A stretch of 64,000 nt of DNA from Candidatus Sericytochromatia bacterium (lineage in GTDB: Bacteria; Cyanobacteriota; Sericytochromatia; UBA7694). Position 1 is the stretch's first letter; each line of letters begins with the position of its first letter. The position numbers and the translations under genes were made by a program. The notes under the pieces were generated by a model that ran no database searches, was not told the DNA's origin, and saw nothing but the letters and a program-made list of their open reading frames with translations. This document shows, piece after piece, positions 38,993 to 49,260 of the stretch. The stretch covers positions 107,074 through 171,073 of the forward strand of contig CAWCRG010000017.1 of assembly GCA_963797915.1 (NCBI GenBank), given 5' to 3'.

Positions 38993-41347
38993 TTAATCGG
39001 GCTTCACTTTAGAAAGGGCCTCTTCAAGGGAGGTTAGGCCTTCTTTAACCTTGCCCATGGCATCCCAGTAGAGGGTAATCATGCCCTCTGCAACGGCCAT
39101 CTTTTTAAGGGCTTCAGCCGAAATACCTGGCTGTGTGATGGCGTTGCGAATGCTCTCATTGGGCACCAGTAGCTCATGAATGCCTGTCCGACCGCGGTAA
39201 CCCGTGTCATTGCAGGCCTTACACCCCTCTGCCTTATAAAGCGTTAACGGCGTACCGTTGGTGTGTCCCAATTGATTCATTTCTAGCTCGCCAGCCTCAT
39301 AGGGTGATTTGCATTCTGTACATAAGCGGCGTATCAGGCGTTGGGCACAAATCATGAGTACGGAAGGGCTAATCATAAAGGGAGAAATGCCCATTTCAAT
39401 AAATCGCGTCAGGGTAGAAGCTGCATCATTGGTATGCAGCGTAGATAAAAGCAGATGACCCGTAAGGGCTGCCTCGACGGCAATATGTGCGGTTTCGTGA
39501 TCTCGAATTTCTCCCACGAGGATCACGTCGGGATCCTGGCGAAGGTAAGCGCGTAAGGCGCGGGCAAACGTGAGTCCAATTTCGGGCTGGACCTGGAGCT
39601 GGTTAATATTAGGCAGGGTGTACTCAATGGGATCTTCAGCGGTTTGAATATTAATGTGGGGTTGATTAATTTCATTGAGGGCTGAATACAGCGTCATTGA
39701 CTTACCTGAGCCGGTGGGTCCCACATGTAAAATCATACCGTAGGGGCTTTGCAATAGCTCGCGATAACGCTTTAGGTTATAGTCTGAAAAACCAAGTGAT
39801 GACAGCGGTAGCATGCTTTTTTGCTTGTCTAAAATACGCATGACCACTTTTTCGCCATAGTTCATGGGGGCTGTCGAAATACGCAGGTCAAAGTCTAAGC
39901 CTTTGCGATTAAACTGTTTATAGACAATGCGACCATCCTGGGGCAAGCGCCGCTCCGCAATATTGAGCTGTGCCATGATTTTTAAACGGGCCGAGAGGGG
40001 CTGGATCAAACTGGCCGGTGTGAGCTGATGATAGTCTTTTAAGATCCCGTCTACGCGGTAACGCACCCTCACGTTGTGCTCCCGGCTCTCAATATGAATA
40101 TCTGAGGCTTTTGCCTCATAAGCTTCCTCGATTAAACGATTCACTAAGCGAATCATGGGAGCGCTTGTGGGATCGTCTAAGCCGACGACTTCTTTCGCGC
40201 TGTTGCTATCGCTGACATACTGAGACTGCAACTCATCCATGAGATCTTCCATCTCATGCGCCTTTTGTTTGGGGGTCTTGGGTGCCGCGGGCACTGTTAC
40301 AGCTCCAGCTGCTGCGGGCGTTTGTTGAAACAAGCGTTGTAAGACCGCTGGAATGGCAATGAACCGTGACGCTTTACGATAGTTAAGGAGGGTGTCCTGA
40401 ACTTCAATTTGAAAGGGATGAGCGAGGGCAAAGCTCAATTGGTTTTTGTCGTTATCAAAAGGAACCACGCTGTACTTACGACAAAAGGGCATGGGGAGAA
40501 CGCCGGGTCTAAGCTGTTGGGTTTCTACATCGGTTAAAAAAGGCAAGCCGGTATAGGTCGAGACCATTCCTGCGGTTTGGCTGGCGCTGACGCCGTGTAA
40601 AAGCAGTTGCTCGTAAACATTGTCTGGCTTGAGATCCTTGACGATTTCCTGAGGAAGACTTTCTTCTAGAAATTTGCAAAATCCGGCAAAACTTGCGCGA
40701 TCGGCCTGGGAGCTTGACTGCGTTTTTTGTGGGCTTTGGGGGACTAAGCTGAGTTCTTTGGCTGCGGGTACAAACAGGTTTTCGGCAACGGCTGCGGTTT
40801 GGGGCTGCGCGGCTGCAAAAGCCGGTAAAGGGGGAGTAGATACCTGGGGCGCTTTTTCAATCTGACTTTGTTCAGCAGTCTTTGCCAGGGGAGGCTCTGG
40901 TTTAGTAGGGGCTTTAGCAGGGGCTGAGGGTGTCTGAGCGACAAAATTGCTGCGCCACTGTTTTTCGACTTCCAGTGCCTTTTTGACTTGCTCACTCAAT
41001 ACCTCTAGCGTCAGTGGTTTATTTAAGAAACCCACGGCGCCCATTTGAAAAGCCTGTAGACGATTTTCAGCTTGTAAACTCGCGGTAATCATAATGATCG
41101 GAATCAGAGCCAGCCGAGGATCTGACTGTAGCTCTTCACACACCTCATAACCCGACATACCCGGCATCTCAATATCCAGTAAGATCAAGCGGGCTTCGAG
41201 ATGATGCTGGCGTAAAAGCTGCAGTGCTCTTTTGCCGTTATCTATCGCTTCTACGGTAAACCCGGAATGACTGAGCATGCTCTTGACGAGCGTGCTCATG
41301 TCCTTATCATCATCTATAACGAGAATATCTACGTTCTGCATATACAA
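38993..41347 (-). CDS. Response-regulator receiver (REC) domain fused to a GspE/PilB-type secretion/pilus assembly ATPase
   Basis: N-terminal REC with the phospho-acceptor context (LILLDIEMPGMSG). GspE_N domain. Intact Walker A (GPTGSGKS), Asp box, Walker B (VGEIRD), His box (TGHLLLSTLHTN) and Cys4 zinc site. Confidence 0.8.
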   Translation of the reverse strand: MYMQNVDILVIDDDKDMSTLVKSMLSHSGFTVEAIDNGKRALQLLRQHHLEARLILLDIEMPGMSGYEVCEELQSDPRLALIPIIMITASLQAENRLQAFQMGAVGFLNKPLTLEVLSEQVKKALEVEKQWRSNFVAQTPSAPAKAPTKPEPPLAKTAEQSQIEKAPQVSTPPLPAFAAAQPQTAAVAENLFVPAAKELSLVPQSPQKTQSSSQADRASFAGFCKFLEESLPQEIVKDLKPDNVYEQLLLHGVSASQTAGMVSTYTGLPFLTDVETQQLRPGVLPMPFCRKYSVVPFDNDKNQLSFALAHPFQIEVQDTLLNYRKASRFIAIPAVLQRLFQQTPAAAGAVTVPAAPKTPKQKAHEMEDLMDELQSQYVSDSNSAKEVVGLDDPTSAPMIRLVNRLIEEAYEAKASDIHIESREHNVRVRYRVDGILKDYHQLTPASLIQPLSARLKIMAQLNIAERRLPQDGRIVYKQFNRKGLDFDLRISTAPMNYGEKVVMRILDKQKSMLPLSSLGFSDYNLKRYRELLQSPYGMILHVGPTGSGKSMTLYSALNEINQPHINIQTAEDPIEYTLPNINQLQVQPEIGLTFARALRAYLRQDPDVILVGEIRDHETAHIAVEAALTGHLLLSTLHTNDAASTLTRFIEMGISPFMISPSVLMICAQRLIRRLCTECKSPYEAGELEMNQLGHTNGTPLTLYKAEGCKACNDTGYRGRTGIHELLVPNESIRNAITQPGISAEALKKMAVAEGMITLYWDAMGKVKEGLTSLEEALSKVKPD

Positions 41348-41370
41348 GCCTTTAGCACGAGTTAGGAGGT

Positions 41371-42687
41371 CTAGGGGTTTTCCGGAGCCGACACAGCGGG
41401 TGTGTCAGGGATTTCTGCTGCCGGGGCAGTTTCGGGGGTCCATAAAATGCCTGCGATGGTAGCGGTCATAAAGCAGGCCAAAGAGCCGGCGATAACGGCA
41501 CGAATCCCGAGTCGAGCAAGATCCCCTCGGCGATTGGGAGCAATACCGCCAATTCCACCGATTTGGATAGCAATGGAACTCAGGTTTGAAAATCCACACA
41601 GGGCATACGTGGCGATAATCTCAGACTTCTCGCTGAGTATTACGCCTGAATCAGGTTTGACCATTTGAGCCAAATGCGAATAAGCGACAAATTCGTTAAT
41701 CATGGTTTTTTCGCCCAGGAGGGCACCAATTTTGGTGGCGTCTTCCCAGGGAACGCCCATTAAAAAGGCCAGTGGCGAAAAGACCCATCCAAAGATCATT
41801 TCTAAAGAAAGTCCTGGAAAACCAAGTTTAGCTCCCGCAAACCCAATAATGCCGTTAATCATGGCAATAATAGCAATAAAAGCCAGCAGCATGGCGGCGA
41901 CGTTTAGCGCTAAGGTCAAGCCTTCGCCGGCACCTCGTGCTGCGGCATCAATAACGTTGGCGTCAATTTGTTCTGTAGACAGATTGACGTTTTCTCCGGC
42001 CGTTTCCGACACTTCGGTTTCCGGGATCATAATTTTAGCCATGACGAGTGCTGCGGGTGCCGACATCACGCTCGCGGCCATTAAATGCCCTGCAATGGTG
42101 GGAATGTCTCTCTGTAAGAGACCCACATAAGAGGCCATCACTCCGCCCGCCACAGTGGCCATACCGCCGACCATAACGGCCATGAGTTCAGAGTTTGTCA
42201 TTTTGTTTACAAAAGGCTTAATCACCAGAGGAGCTTCGGTTTGTCCTACAAAAATATTGGCAGCAGCAGAGAGCGTTTCAGAGCCGCTGGTTTTCAGGGT
42301 TTTTACCATAAATTTCGCGATGACATTTACAATGAGTTGCATAATGCCGAGGTAGTAAAAGACGGTCATCAAAGAAGAGAAAAAGATAATCGTTGGCAGA
42401 ACTTGCACCGCAAAAATAAAACCATTGCTGTCAATATTCATCATTGAACCAAAAATAAACTCAGACCCTTTATTGGTAAAGCCGAGTAGAGAGGTTACTG
42501 CGTCGTTTGCGTAGGTAAAAAGGATCTTTACCGGTGTTTTGAGAATCAGGATAGCGAAAATGATTTGAAGTAGGGTCCCTCCGATAACCACGCGTAAGTT
42601 AATGTGTTTACGATGTTCGGGCTTACAAAACAAGAATGCAATCCCCAACATAACAAAGAGTCCCAGAACACCCACCAATTTATCCAT
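41371..42687 (-). CDS. Concentrative nucleoside transporter (NupC/CNT family)
   Basis: ~440 aa polytopic membrane protein with CNT-family blocks. The likely start is MDKLVG. Confidence 0.75.
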   Translation of the reverse strand: MDKLVGVLGLFVMLGIAFLFCKPEHRKHINLRVVIGGTLLQIIFAILILKTPVKILFTYANDAVTSLLGFTNKGSEFIFGSMMNIDSNGFIFAVQVLPTIIFFSSLMTVFYYLGIMQLIVNVIAKFMVKTLKTSGSETLSAAANIFVGQTEAPLVIKPFVNKMTNSELMAVMVGGMATVAGGVMASYVGLLQRDIPTIAGHLMAASVMSAPAALVMAKIMIPETEVSETAGENVNLSTEQIDANVIDAAARGAGEGLTLALNVAAMLLAFIAIIAMINGIIGFAGAKLGFPGLSLEMIFGWVFSPLAFLMGVPWEDATKIGALLGEKTMINEFVAYSHLAQMVKPDSGVILSEKSEIIATYALCGFSNLSSIAIQIGGIGGIAPNRRGDLARLGIRAVIAGSLACFMTATIAGILWTPETAPAAEIPDTPAVSAPENP

Positions 42688-43663
42688 GAACTTCGTCCTT
42701 TTCTTTCTCGTGTAAAAACGCATCTTCGACTACTGTATGCTCTTCGGGTTTTGGTGGCCAAATAAGAGAGGCTAAGATCGACAGCCCCAATGCACCCAAA
42801 ACCATACTCAGAGTAACCCAGGATGGCACATCATGCAAAAATTCTTTGGCGAGCATTTTGACACCGATTAAGGTGAGTACCACCGCCAGACCATATTTGA
42901 GGTAGTGAAAGGTGTCGATAATGGCTGCTAAGGCAAAGTAGAGAGAGCGCAATCCCAAAATCGCCAGGACGTTAGAGGTGTAGACAATAAAAGGATCCTG
43001 GGTAACCGCAAAAACCGCAGGAATGGAGTCTACTGCAAAAATAAGATCGGAAAGCTCTATCACCAGAAGGGCTATGAATAAGGGGGTGGCATGACGTTTG
43101 CCCTTTTCGATAATGAAAAAGGCGGCCCCATGAAAGTCACGGGTCACGGGCATGAGTTTTTTAAAGCCTTTAACCAGTGGGTTGTTATCGGGCTCGACTT
43201 CAGCTTCTCCGTCATCAAACAACATTTTGATACCGGTATAGATTAAAAAGGCGCCGAATAAGTACAAGATCCACTCAAAGCGATGAATGAGGGCCGCACC
43301 GACTAAAATCAGGCTGCCTCTCATCAGTAGAGCACCGAGTATGCCCCAAAATAGCACTTTATGTTGGTATTTTGCAGGAATTTTAAAGTAGTTAAAAATA
43401 AGCAGCATCACAAAGAGATTATCGACGCTGAGGGATTTTTCTAAGAGGTAGGCGGTCATAAAGTCACCGCCAGACTGAACACCCCTGAAGTAGTACACAC
43501 CTGCGCCAAAGAGCAGTGAAAGGGTGATCCAAAAGGCACTCCAGCTTAAGGCTTCTTTAACGCCAATCACATGGTTTTTGCGATTGAACACGCCCAAATC
43601 CAGGGCCAGTAAAAAAAGCACAAATAGGTTAAATACGATCCAGATGGTCATGTTATTTTGCAT
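42680..43663 (-). CDS. TerC-family integral membrane protein
   Basis: 327 aa, ~9 TM segments, TerC/Alx-like conserved acidic residues in TM segments. Confidence 0.7.
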   Translation of the reverse strand: MQNNMTIWIVFNLFVLFLLALDLGVFNRKNHVIGVKEALSWSAFWITLSLLFGAGVYYFRGVQSGGDFMTAYLLEKSLSVDNLFVMLLIFNYFKIPAKYQHKVLFWGILGALLMRGSLILVGAALIHRFEWILYLFGAFLIYTGIKMLFDDGEAEVEPDNNPLVKGFKKLMPVTRDFHGAAFFIIEKGKRHATPLFIALLVIELSDLIFAVDSIPAVFAVTQDPFIVYTSNVLAILGLRSLYFALAAIIDTFHYLKYGLAVVLTLIGVKMLAKEFLHDVPSWVTLSMVLGALGLSILASLIWPPKPEEHTVVEDAFLHEKEKDEVHG

Positions 43664-43714
43664 GGGTAAAATCTCTTTTATATTCGGTCAGCTCACGTTA
43701 TATTGTACAGAACT

Positions 43715-44509
43715 TTATCTGAGTTTAAACAAAATCCTGGCATTGTGTGTCGTTATTTCCGCAATTTCTTCGAGCGTTACACCGCGAAGTTGGGCCAGCT
43801 TTTCAGCAATATGTTTGATATATGCCGGGGCATTACGTTGACCCCGGTAAGGCTCAGGGGTGAGCCAGGGACTATCTGTTTCTAAAACAATATGCTGAAG
43901 ATCGATGGCTTGTGCCACCTGATGAAGATGACGGGCGTTTTTAAAGGTGAGCACGCCTCCAAAGGCTATTTTGAAGTTGAGGGCAATGGCTGCGTGAGCA
44001 AATTCCAGGGTTCCTGAAAAGCAATGCATGACGCCGCCTACGGTATGGGCCTTTTCTTCTTTCAGGATCCTTAATATATCATCGTAGGCGCGCTCCGAAC
44101 CCTGTTTATCTCGGATATGTAAGATGAGGGGGAGCTGGGTTGCTTTGGCCAATTGAATCTGTTGTCGTAAGCTATGCTGCTGCGTTTCCTCTGGGCACTG
44201 ATCCCAATAATAGTCCAGGCCGGTTTCTCCAATAGCGACAATACCTTCAAGGGTTGAGGCATCGAGAAACTGTTCATAAGCCGCTGGTGTAAATTGTTGG
44301 GCTTCTGTAGGATGGACGCCCAGGGCACAAAATAAGATGCCGGGATATTTTTTATTTAAAGCCAAAGCGCTGGAAAAGCTCTCAAGGGTAACCCCGGGGG
44401 TTACGATCTGGTTTACACCAGCCTTGAGAGCTTCTTCAATAATTTCCGCTTGATCGGTCTCATATTGACCGAGATTAAGATGGCAGTGGGTATCGATAAG
44501 TTGAAACAA
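43715..44509 (-). CDS. TatD-family metal-dependent deoxyribonuclease/hydrolase
   Basis: IDTHCHL N-terminal motif plus downstream His/Glu/Asp ligand motifs. The ORF overlaps the rplL 3' end, and the start is probably a TTG just after the rplL stop. Confidence 0.7.
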   Translation of the reverse strand: MFQLIDTHCHLNLGQYETDQAEIIEEALKAGVNQIVTPGVTLESFSSALALNKKYPGILFCALGVHPTEAQQFTPAAYEQFLDASTLEGIVAIGETGLDYYWDQCPEETQQHSLRQQIQLAKATQLPLILHIRDKQGSERAYDDILRILKEEKAHTVGGVMHCFSGTLEFAHAAIALNFKIAFGGVLTFKNARHLHQVAQAIDLQHIVLETDSPWLTPEPYRGQRNAPAYIKHIAEKLAQLRGVTLEEIAEITTHNARILFKLR

Positions 44510-44510
44510 C

Positions 44511-44891
44511 TTACTTGATTTCCACTTTACCGCCTTCAGCTTCGAGTTTTGCTTTGATGTCGTCAGCTTCTGCTTGATCAACGCCTTCTTTAACGTTGGC
44601 AGGCAGTGAATCTACCATAGCTTTGGCTTCTTTTAAGCCTAAACCGGTAATTTCGCGAACAACTTTTAATACTTTAATTTTGCTGGCACCGGCGTCGGTG
44701 AGTACAACATCAAAGTCGGTTTTCTCTTCAGCACCACCACCAGCAGCTCCGCCGCCAGCAGCTGCTACTGCAACGGGTGCTGCAGCAGAAACGCCGAATT
44801 TTTCTTCAAACATGCTGACAAGGTCTGCTACTTCTAGCAGGCTCATGCTTCCAACAGCTTCTACGATATCTTCTTTGGTCAGAGTAGACAT
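44511..44891 (-). CDS. rplL: 50S ribosomal protein L7/L12
   Basis: Canonical L7/L12 sequence (Ala/Gly hinge, C-terminal [18 protein letters not shown]). Confidence 0.92.
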   Translation of the reverse strand: MSTLTKEDIVEAVGSMSLLEVADLVSMFEEKFGVSAAAPVAVAAAGGGAAGGGAEEKTDFDVVLTDAGASKIKVLKVVREITGLGLKEAKAMVDSLPANVKEGVDQAEADDIKAKLEAEGGKVEIK

Positions 44892-44915
44892 TTTAATGCA
44901 ATGCTCCTAAATAGT

Positions 44916-45446
44916 TTAAGAATTTTCTTTTTGCGCTCGAATTGCTTCGAGGGCGTATACCAGATTGCGTGCGACGCCAGACAGGGTAATAACAACACCT
45001 TGAGCAGGTGACTGCATAGAACCCATTAACTTGGCTATCATTTCTTCGCGAGAAGGCAATGTAGCAATCTGTTTAATTTCATCAATCGTTACGACTTTTC
45101 CATCGAGGATGCCGCCGCGAACTTCTTGATCTTTTTTGTTTGCCTTGAGGAAATCCATCAATGCTTTGACAGGTGCAACAGGATCTTCGTAACCCACCAC
45201 TAAAGCGGTAGGGCCTTTGAGGACCTCGTCAATTGCTGGCATACCTTCAGTACTGTTGATGACCCGACGAATCAGTGAGTTCTTTGCCACTGTTACGTCG
45301 CCGCCAGCTTCTTGTACCTTACGGCGCAGCTCTGTCAGTTCTTTGACAGAGAGACCTCGGTAATCGGAAACAATCGCAACCTTGGAGCGTGAAAGTTGAT
45401 CACTTAAAGCAATCACGCGCTCTTGTTTTTGCGCTAGTGTAACCAT
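44916..45446 (-). CDS. rplJ: 50S ribosomal protein L10
   Basis: 176 aa L10 family. Lies between rplA and rplL. Confidence 0.9.
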   Translation of the reverse strand: MVTLAQKQERVIALSDQLSRSKVAIVSDYRGLSVKELTELRRKVQEAGGDVTVAKNSLIRRVINSTEGMPAIDEVLKGPTALVVGYEDPVAPVKALMDFLKANKKDQEVRGGILDGKVVTIDEIKQIATLPSREEMIAKLMGSMQSPAQGVVITLSGVARNLVYALEAIRAQKENS

Positions 45447-45462
45447 AACCGTTTCTCCTTAT

Positions 45463-46185
45463 TTATTCAACAGAAGCCAGTTCTGAGAGTTTTGTTGTGT
45501 CAAGACGTAAACCTGGGCCCATGGTGGACGACAGAGCAAAGGTTTTGATGTATTGACCTTTCGCAGAAGAAGGTTTCATACGCATAATAGCACCATGAAT
45601 GGCAGCTAAGTTGCGTGCGAGCTTTTCTTTCTCAAAAGATGACTTTCCGACAATAACGTGTACGTTACCCTGGCGATCGTTACGAAACTCAACTTTTCCG
45701 CCCTGGAATTCAGCTACTGCTTTTGCAATCGCATCTGGAGATGGTGCAACAACGGTACCCGCTTTAGGGTTTGGCATGAGTTTCTTAGGACCAAGAATTT
45801 TACCCAATCGGGAAAGTTGGCCCATCATATCGGCGGTAGCAACGAGAACGTCAAATTCAAACCAGCCGCCTTGAATTTTTTCCAGAACTTCTTCAGCTCC
45901 GGCTTCAATAGCGCCTGCTTCTTTTGCAGCTTGAGCAGCTGCACCTTTAGCAACGGCTACCACACGAACGGTTTGACCCGTTCCTTCGGGCAGGGTTACT
46001 GTTGAACGCACCTGTTGGTCAGCATGCTTGGGGTTAATGCCAAGGTAAAATGCTGCCTCGATCGTCTCATCAAACTTGGCGTTAGCCGTTTCTTTGATAA
46101 GCTCCAGAGCTTCAAGCGGGGAAAAATCACGACGATCTCCCACTTTTTCCTGGAGTGCTTTTTGTCTTTTGCTTAAACGTGCCAT
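45463..46185 (-). CDS. rplA: 50S ribosomal protein L1
   Basis: L1 family blocks. The likely start is MARLSKRQKAL. Confidence 0.9.
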   Translation of the reverse strand: MARLSKRQKALQEKVGDRRDFSPLEALELIKETANAKFDETIEAAFYLGINPKHADQQVRSTVTLPEGTGQTVRVVAVAKGAAAQAAKEAGAIEAGAEEVLEKIQGGWFEFDVLVATADMMGQLSRLGKILGPKKLMPNPKAGTVVAPSPDAIAKAVAEFQGGKVEFRNDRQGNVHVIVGKSSFEKEKLARNLAAIHGAIMRMKPSSAKGQYIKTFALSSTMGPGLRLDTTKLSELASVE

Positions 46186-46209
46186 AACTGTCACTCGCTT
46201 TACTTGATT

Positions 46210-46653
46210 CTAAGAGGCTTGCTCAACAACAATTCCCATGCTGTGAGCAGTGCCTTCAACCATCTTGATGGCCGCTTCAATATCACGGGCATTAAGATCT
46301 GGCATTTTAACTTCGGCAATTTCTCTCACTTGCTTAGCAGTGATATTGCCACCGTTCTTTGACTGGGGGGTCGAAGAACCGCTTTTAATGTTTAGAGCGC
46401 GTTTAATTAACGCAGATGCTGGAGGCGTCTTGGTGATAAAAGTGAAAGAGCGATCGCCCATAACACTAATTTCAACAGGAATAATCATTCCAGCATGCTC
46501 TTTGGTTTGTTCGTTGTAAGCTTTGCAGAACTCCATGATGTTTACACCATGTTGCCCTAAAGCAGGACCGATCGGAGGAGCAGGATTAGCTTTACCCGCT
46601 TCAATCTGGAGCTTAATAACTCCAACGACTTCTTTATCTTTAGCTTTGGCCAT
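46210..46653 (-). CDS. rplK: 50S ribosomal protein L11
   Basis: [26 protein letters not shown] motif. AAGGAGG Shine-Dalgarno just upstream. Confidence 0.92.
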   Translation of the reverse strand: MAKAKDKEVVGVIKLQIEAGKANPAPPIGPALGQHGVNIMEFCKAYNEQTKEHAGMIIPVEISVMGDRSFTFITKTPPASALIKRALNIKSGSSTPQSKNGGNITAKQVREIAEVKMPDLNARDIEAAIKMVEGTAHSMGIVVEQAS

Positions 46654-47073
46654 AATTATACGGGCGACGCAGAAAGAGTGGTAAGCGCCGCTGACCTCCT
46701 TTTAAATCTCTATTAAAGTTTAAATGTGTATTGTGTTTTAACAGGTGTGCATAAGTGTTTAGAACAGCTTACGCGCAGAACTGTGAAGACACAGGGGGAT
46801 CTGGTAAAAGGTGAAGCGCGATATACTCTTGCTTTTTCTTTACCAACAGATAAAATCTGTAGCTCGGACTCGGTATTCTAGCACCTGTGAAGGTGACTCA
46901 CAACCCGATACGTGAACAAACTTTAATTCTATTGAGTAAACAGTATACCGCACTTCATTAATAAAACAACAGCTTAAACTTAAACAAATCTTATTTTTAG
47001 AGGCTTTTCTGTGTGAAATACATGCCGCAAAGCGGCTGTGGCCTGTTAAACTGAGAAAAAAGGAAAAATAACA

Positions 47074-48141
47074 ATGAAAACTCACCCCATTGACCGCGAT
47101 GTTTTACTTCGCCTCCCCAAAACCGATCTGCATGTGCACTTAGATGGTTCGATGCGCGTAGAGACCGTCATCGATATTGCTCAAAAAAAGGGCGTTGAGC
47201 TCCCCAGTACTGACCCCACTGAATTGTTGAAGTACGTTCAGATGAGTGAAAGTTGTGAAAGCCTCGAAGAATATTTGCGAGCCTTTGATATTACCTGCTC
47301 GGTCTTACAGGACTTTGACTCTTTGCGTCGCGCGGCTTTTGAACTGGCCGAAGATGCGGCGACCGAAAACGTAAAATATATGGAGGTCCGCTTTTGCCCC
47401 CTCTTACATACCAATGAAGGTCTCTCTCTGGAAAAAATCGTCAAGGCAGTACTGATCGGTCTGGCCGATGCTGAGCGCCAGTATGATATTACTACCGGTG
47501 TCATTATCTGTGGCATTCGCCATATGTCTCCCGAGAGCTCTGATAAGCTAGCAGATCTAACCATTGCTTTTAAAAATCGCGGTGTTGTGGCCTTTGATTT
47601 AGCGGGTGCCGAGTACGATAACCCGGCAAAATATCACCGCGAAGCGTTTCACAAAATTCTAAATAAGAATATTAACTGTACGATTCACGCAGGCGAAGCG
47701 TTTGGTCCTCGCAGTATTTCTCAGGCATTACATTATTGTGGTGCGCACCGGATTGGCCACGGCACCCGTTTGATTGAGGATCGCGATCTGATGAACTATA
47801 TGAATGATCACCGCATCCCTTTGGAGGTCTGTCTGATTTCTAATCTGCAGACCAAAGCGATTGATAGTTTAGAGTCTCATCCCATCAAAAAGTATTATGA
47901 CCTTGGTCTACGTGTCACCATCAATACCGACAATCGCCTGGTGTCAGGCACCACGGTCACTGATGAGCTTAAGCTCGTGGCGGACACTTTTGAGTTTGAT
48001 ATTAATGACATGGCCAATATGATTATTAATGGATTTAAGAGTGCGTTTTTGCCCCACAATAAAAAAACCCGTTTGTTACGCTCGGTCATGGCTGAAATTG
48101 ACGAAATTCTTGGGGTGCGCCGCTCCAAGTACGGTTATTAA
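47074..48141 (+). CDS. add: Adenosine deaminase
   Basis: LPKTDLHVHLDGS and TINTDN metal/catalytic motifs. 355 aa. Confidence 0.85.
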   Translation: MKTHPIDRDVLLRLPKTDLHVHLDGSMRVETVIDIAQKKGVELPSTDPTELLKYVQMSESCESLEEYLRAFDITCSVLQDFDSLRRAAFELAEDAATENVKYMEVRFCPLLHTNEGLSLEKIVKAVLIGLADAERQYDITTGVIICGIRHMSPESSDKLADLTIAFKNRGVVAFDLAGAEYDNPAKYHREAFHKILNKNINCTIHAGEAFGPRSISQALHYCGAHRIGHGTRLIEDRDLMNYMNDHRIPLEVCLISNLQTKAIDSLESHPIKKYYDLGLRVTINTDNRLVSGTTVTDELKLVADTFEFDINDMANMIINGFKSAFLPHNKKTRLLRSVMAEIDEILGVRRSKYGY

Positions 48142-48150
48142 AATACCCTT

Positions 48151-49188
48151 GTGACGGTTTTTAAAGACAAGCGCTTTTGTTCGGATGTTTTTCAATTTAT
48201 CAAACACCATGATTTGATCCTTCCGCAAAAGCGCTATCTTTTGGCCGTTTCTGGAGGTTTAGACTCCATGGTGCTGCTGCATTTTTTTCAGCGCTTTGCT
48301 CATAAACGTTATGGCTGTACTTTTGCCGTGGCTCATTTGGATCATGGCTTAAGGGCGGAGTCTTCTGCTCAGGCCCAGGCTCTTGCGGATTATTGTCAGC
48401 GCGAACAGATTTTGTTTTATAGTGAGCGACGGATACCGCTTCGATCGGTGACGCAAAGTTCCTTAGAGGCCCAGGCTCGCTCGGTGCGTTACGCCTGGTT
48501 GGCGCAACAGGCAAAAAACCACGGTTTTGATGGGGTGATAACGGCCCACCATGCCACGGATCAGCTAGAAACCAGCTCTGATGCAGTGGATACGTGGAAC
48601 TTCAGTACCTCAGGGAATGCGCCCACTGAAAAATCTTTTGGTGGATGGCTTTTCTTTAACCGTCACCCGTCCTTTCTTATCGGTTTCTCGGAGTGACTTA
48701 GCACACTATCATCAGCATTACATGCTGCCCTGCTGGGAAGATCATCGAATCAGGATCCCGCTTTTATGCGCAATCGTCTACGCGCTCAGGTACTGCCTTT
48801 ACTCATCGACGAAAACCCCAATCTGGAATCCACAATAGTGGAACATACTGTCGTTATTCAGCAGGAGCAGGACTATTTGCGAAATTGTATGCTCCAGCAT
48901 TACCCTGAATGCGTATCCGTGACAGACCCAGACACAGCGCAGGAAAACACGCTTGTTTTAAATCTGCCCCCCTTTGCTGAGCTTCATGGGGCGATTCAAC
49001 GCTTATTGCTAAAAGAAATGCTGACTCGGCTAAGTGCCGGAAGTTGGAAGGTATTTAGCGCCCGACATATTGAGGCCTTACAGCAGCTAAGCACGGCACA
49101 AAGCCACAAAACGCTGCATTTACCACTCAACGTGGTCGTTACTAAAGCGAGGCGACACCTCCTGTTTCAAAAAGTATGTTATCACTGA
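48151..49188 (+). CDS. tilS: tRNA(Ile)-lysidine synthetase, interrupted by two frameshifts (~48560-48600 and ~48735-48770)
   Basis: PP-loop SGGLDSMVL in ORF 48151..48696. The middle conserved block (RPFLSVSRSDLAHY...WEDHR) exists only in ORF 48581..48838, which is in another frame. The downstream block DPAFMRNRLRAQVLPLL lies in ORF 48766..49188. Confidence 0.7.
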
Positions 49189-49260
49189 TAAGTAAAACGA
49201 TTATTTATTTGAAAGATATGGTTTAACCTATGATGTCTCAAGCCCCTATTTCCCCTCTTT

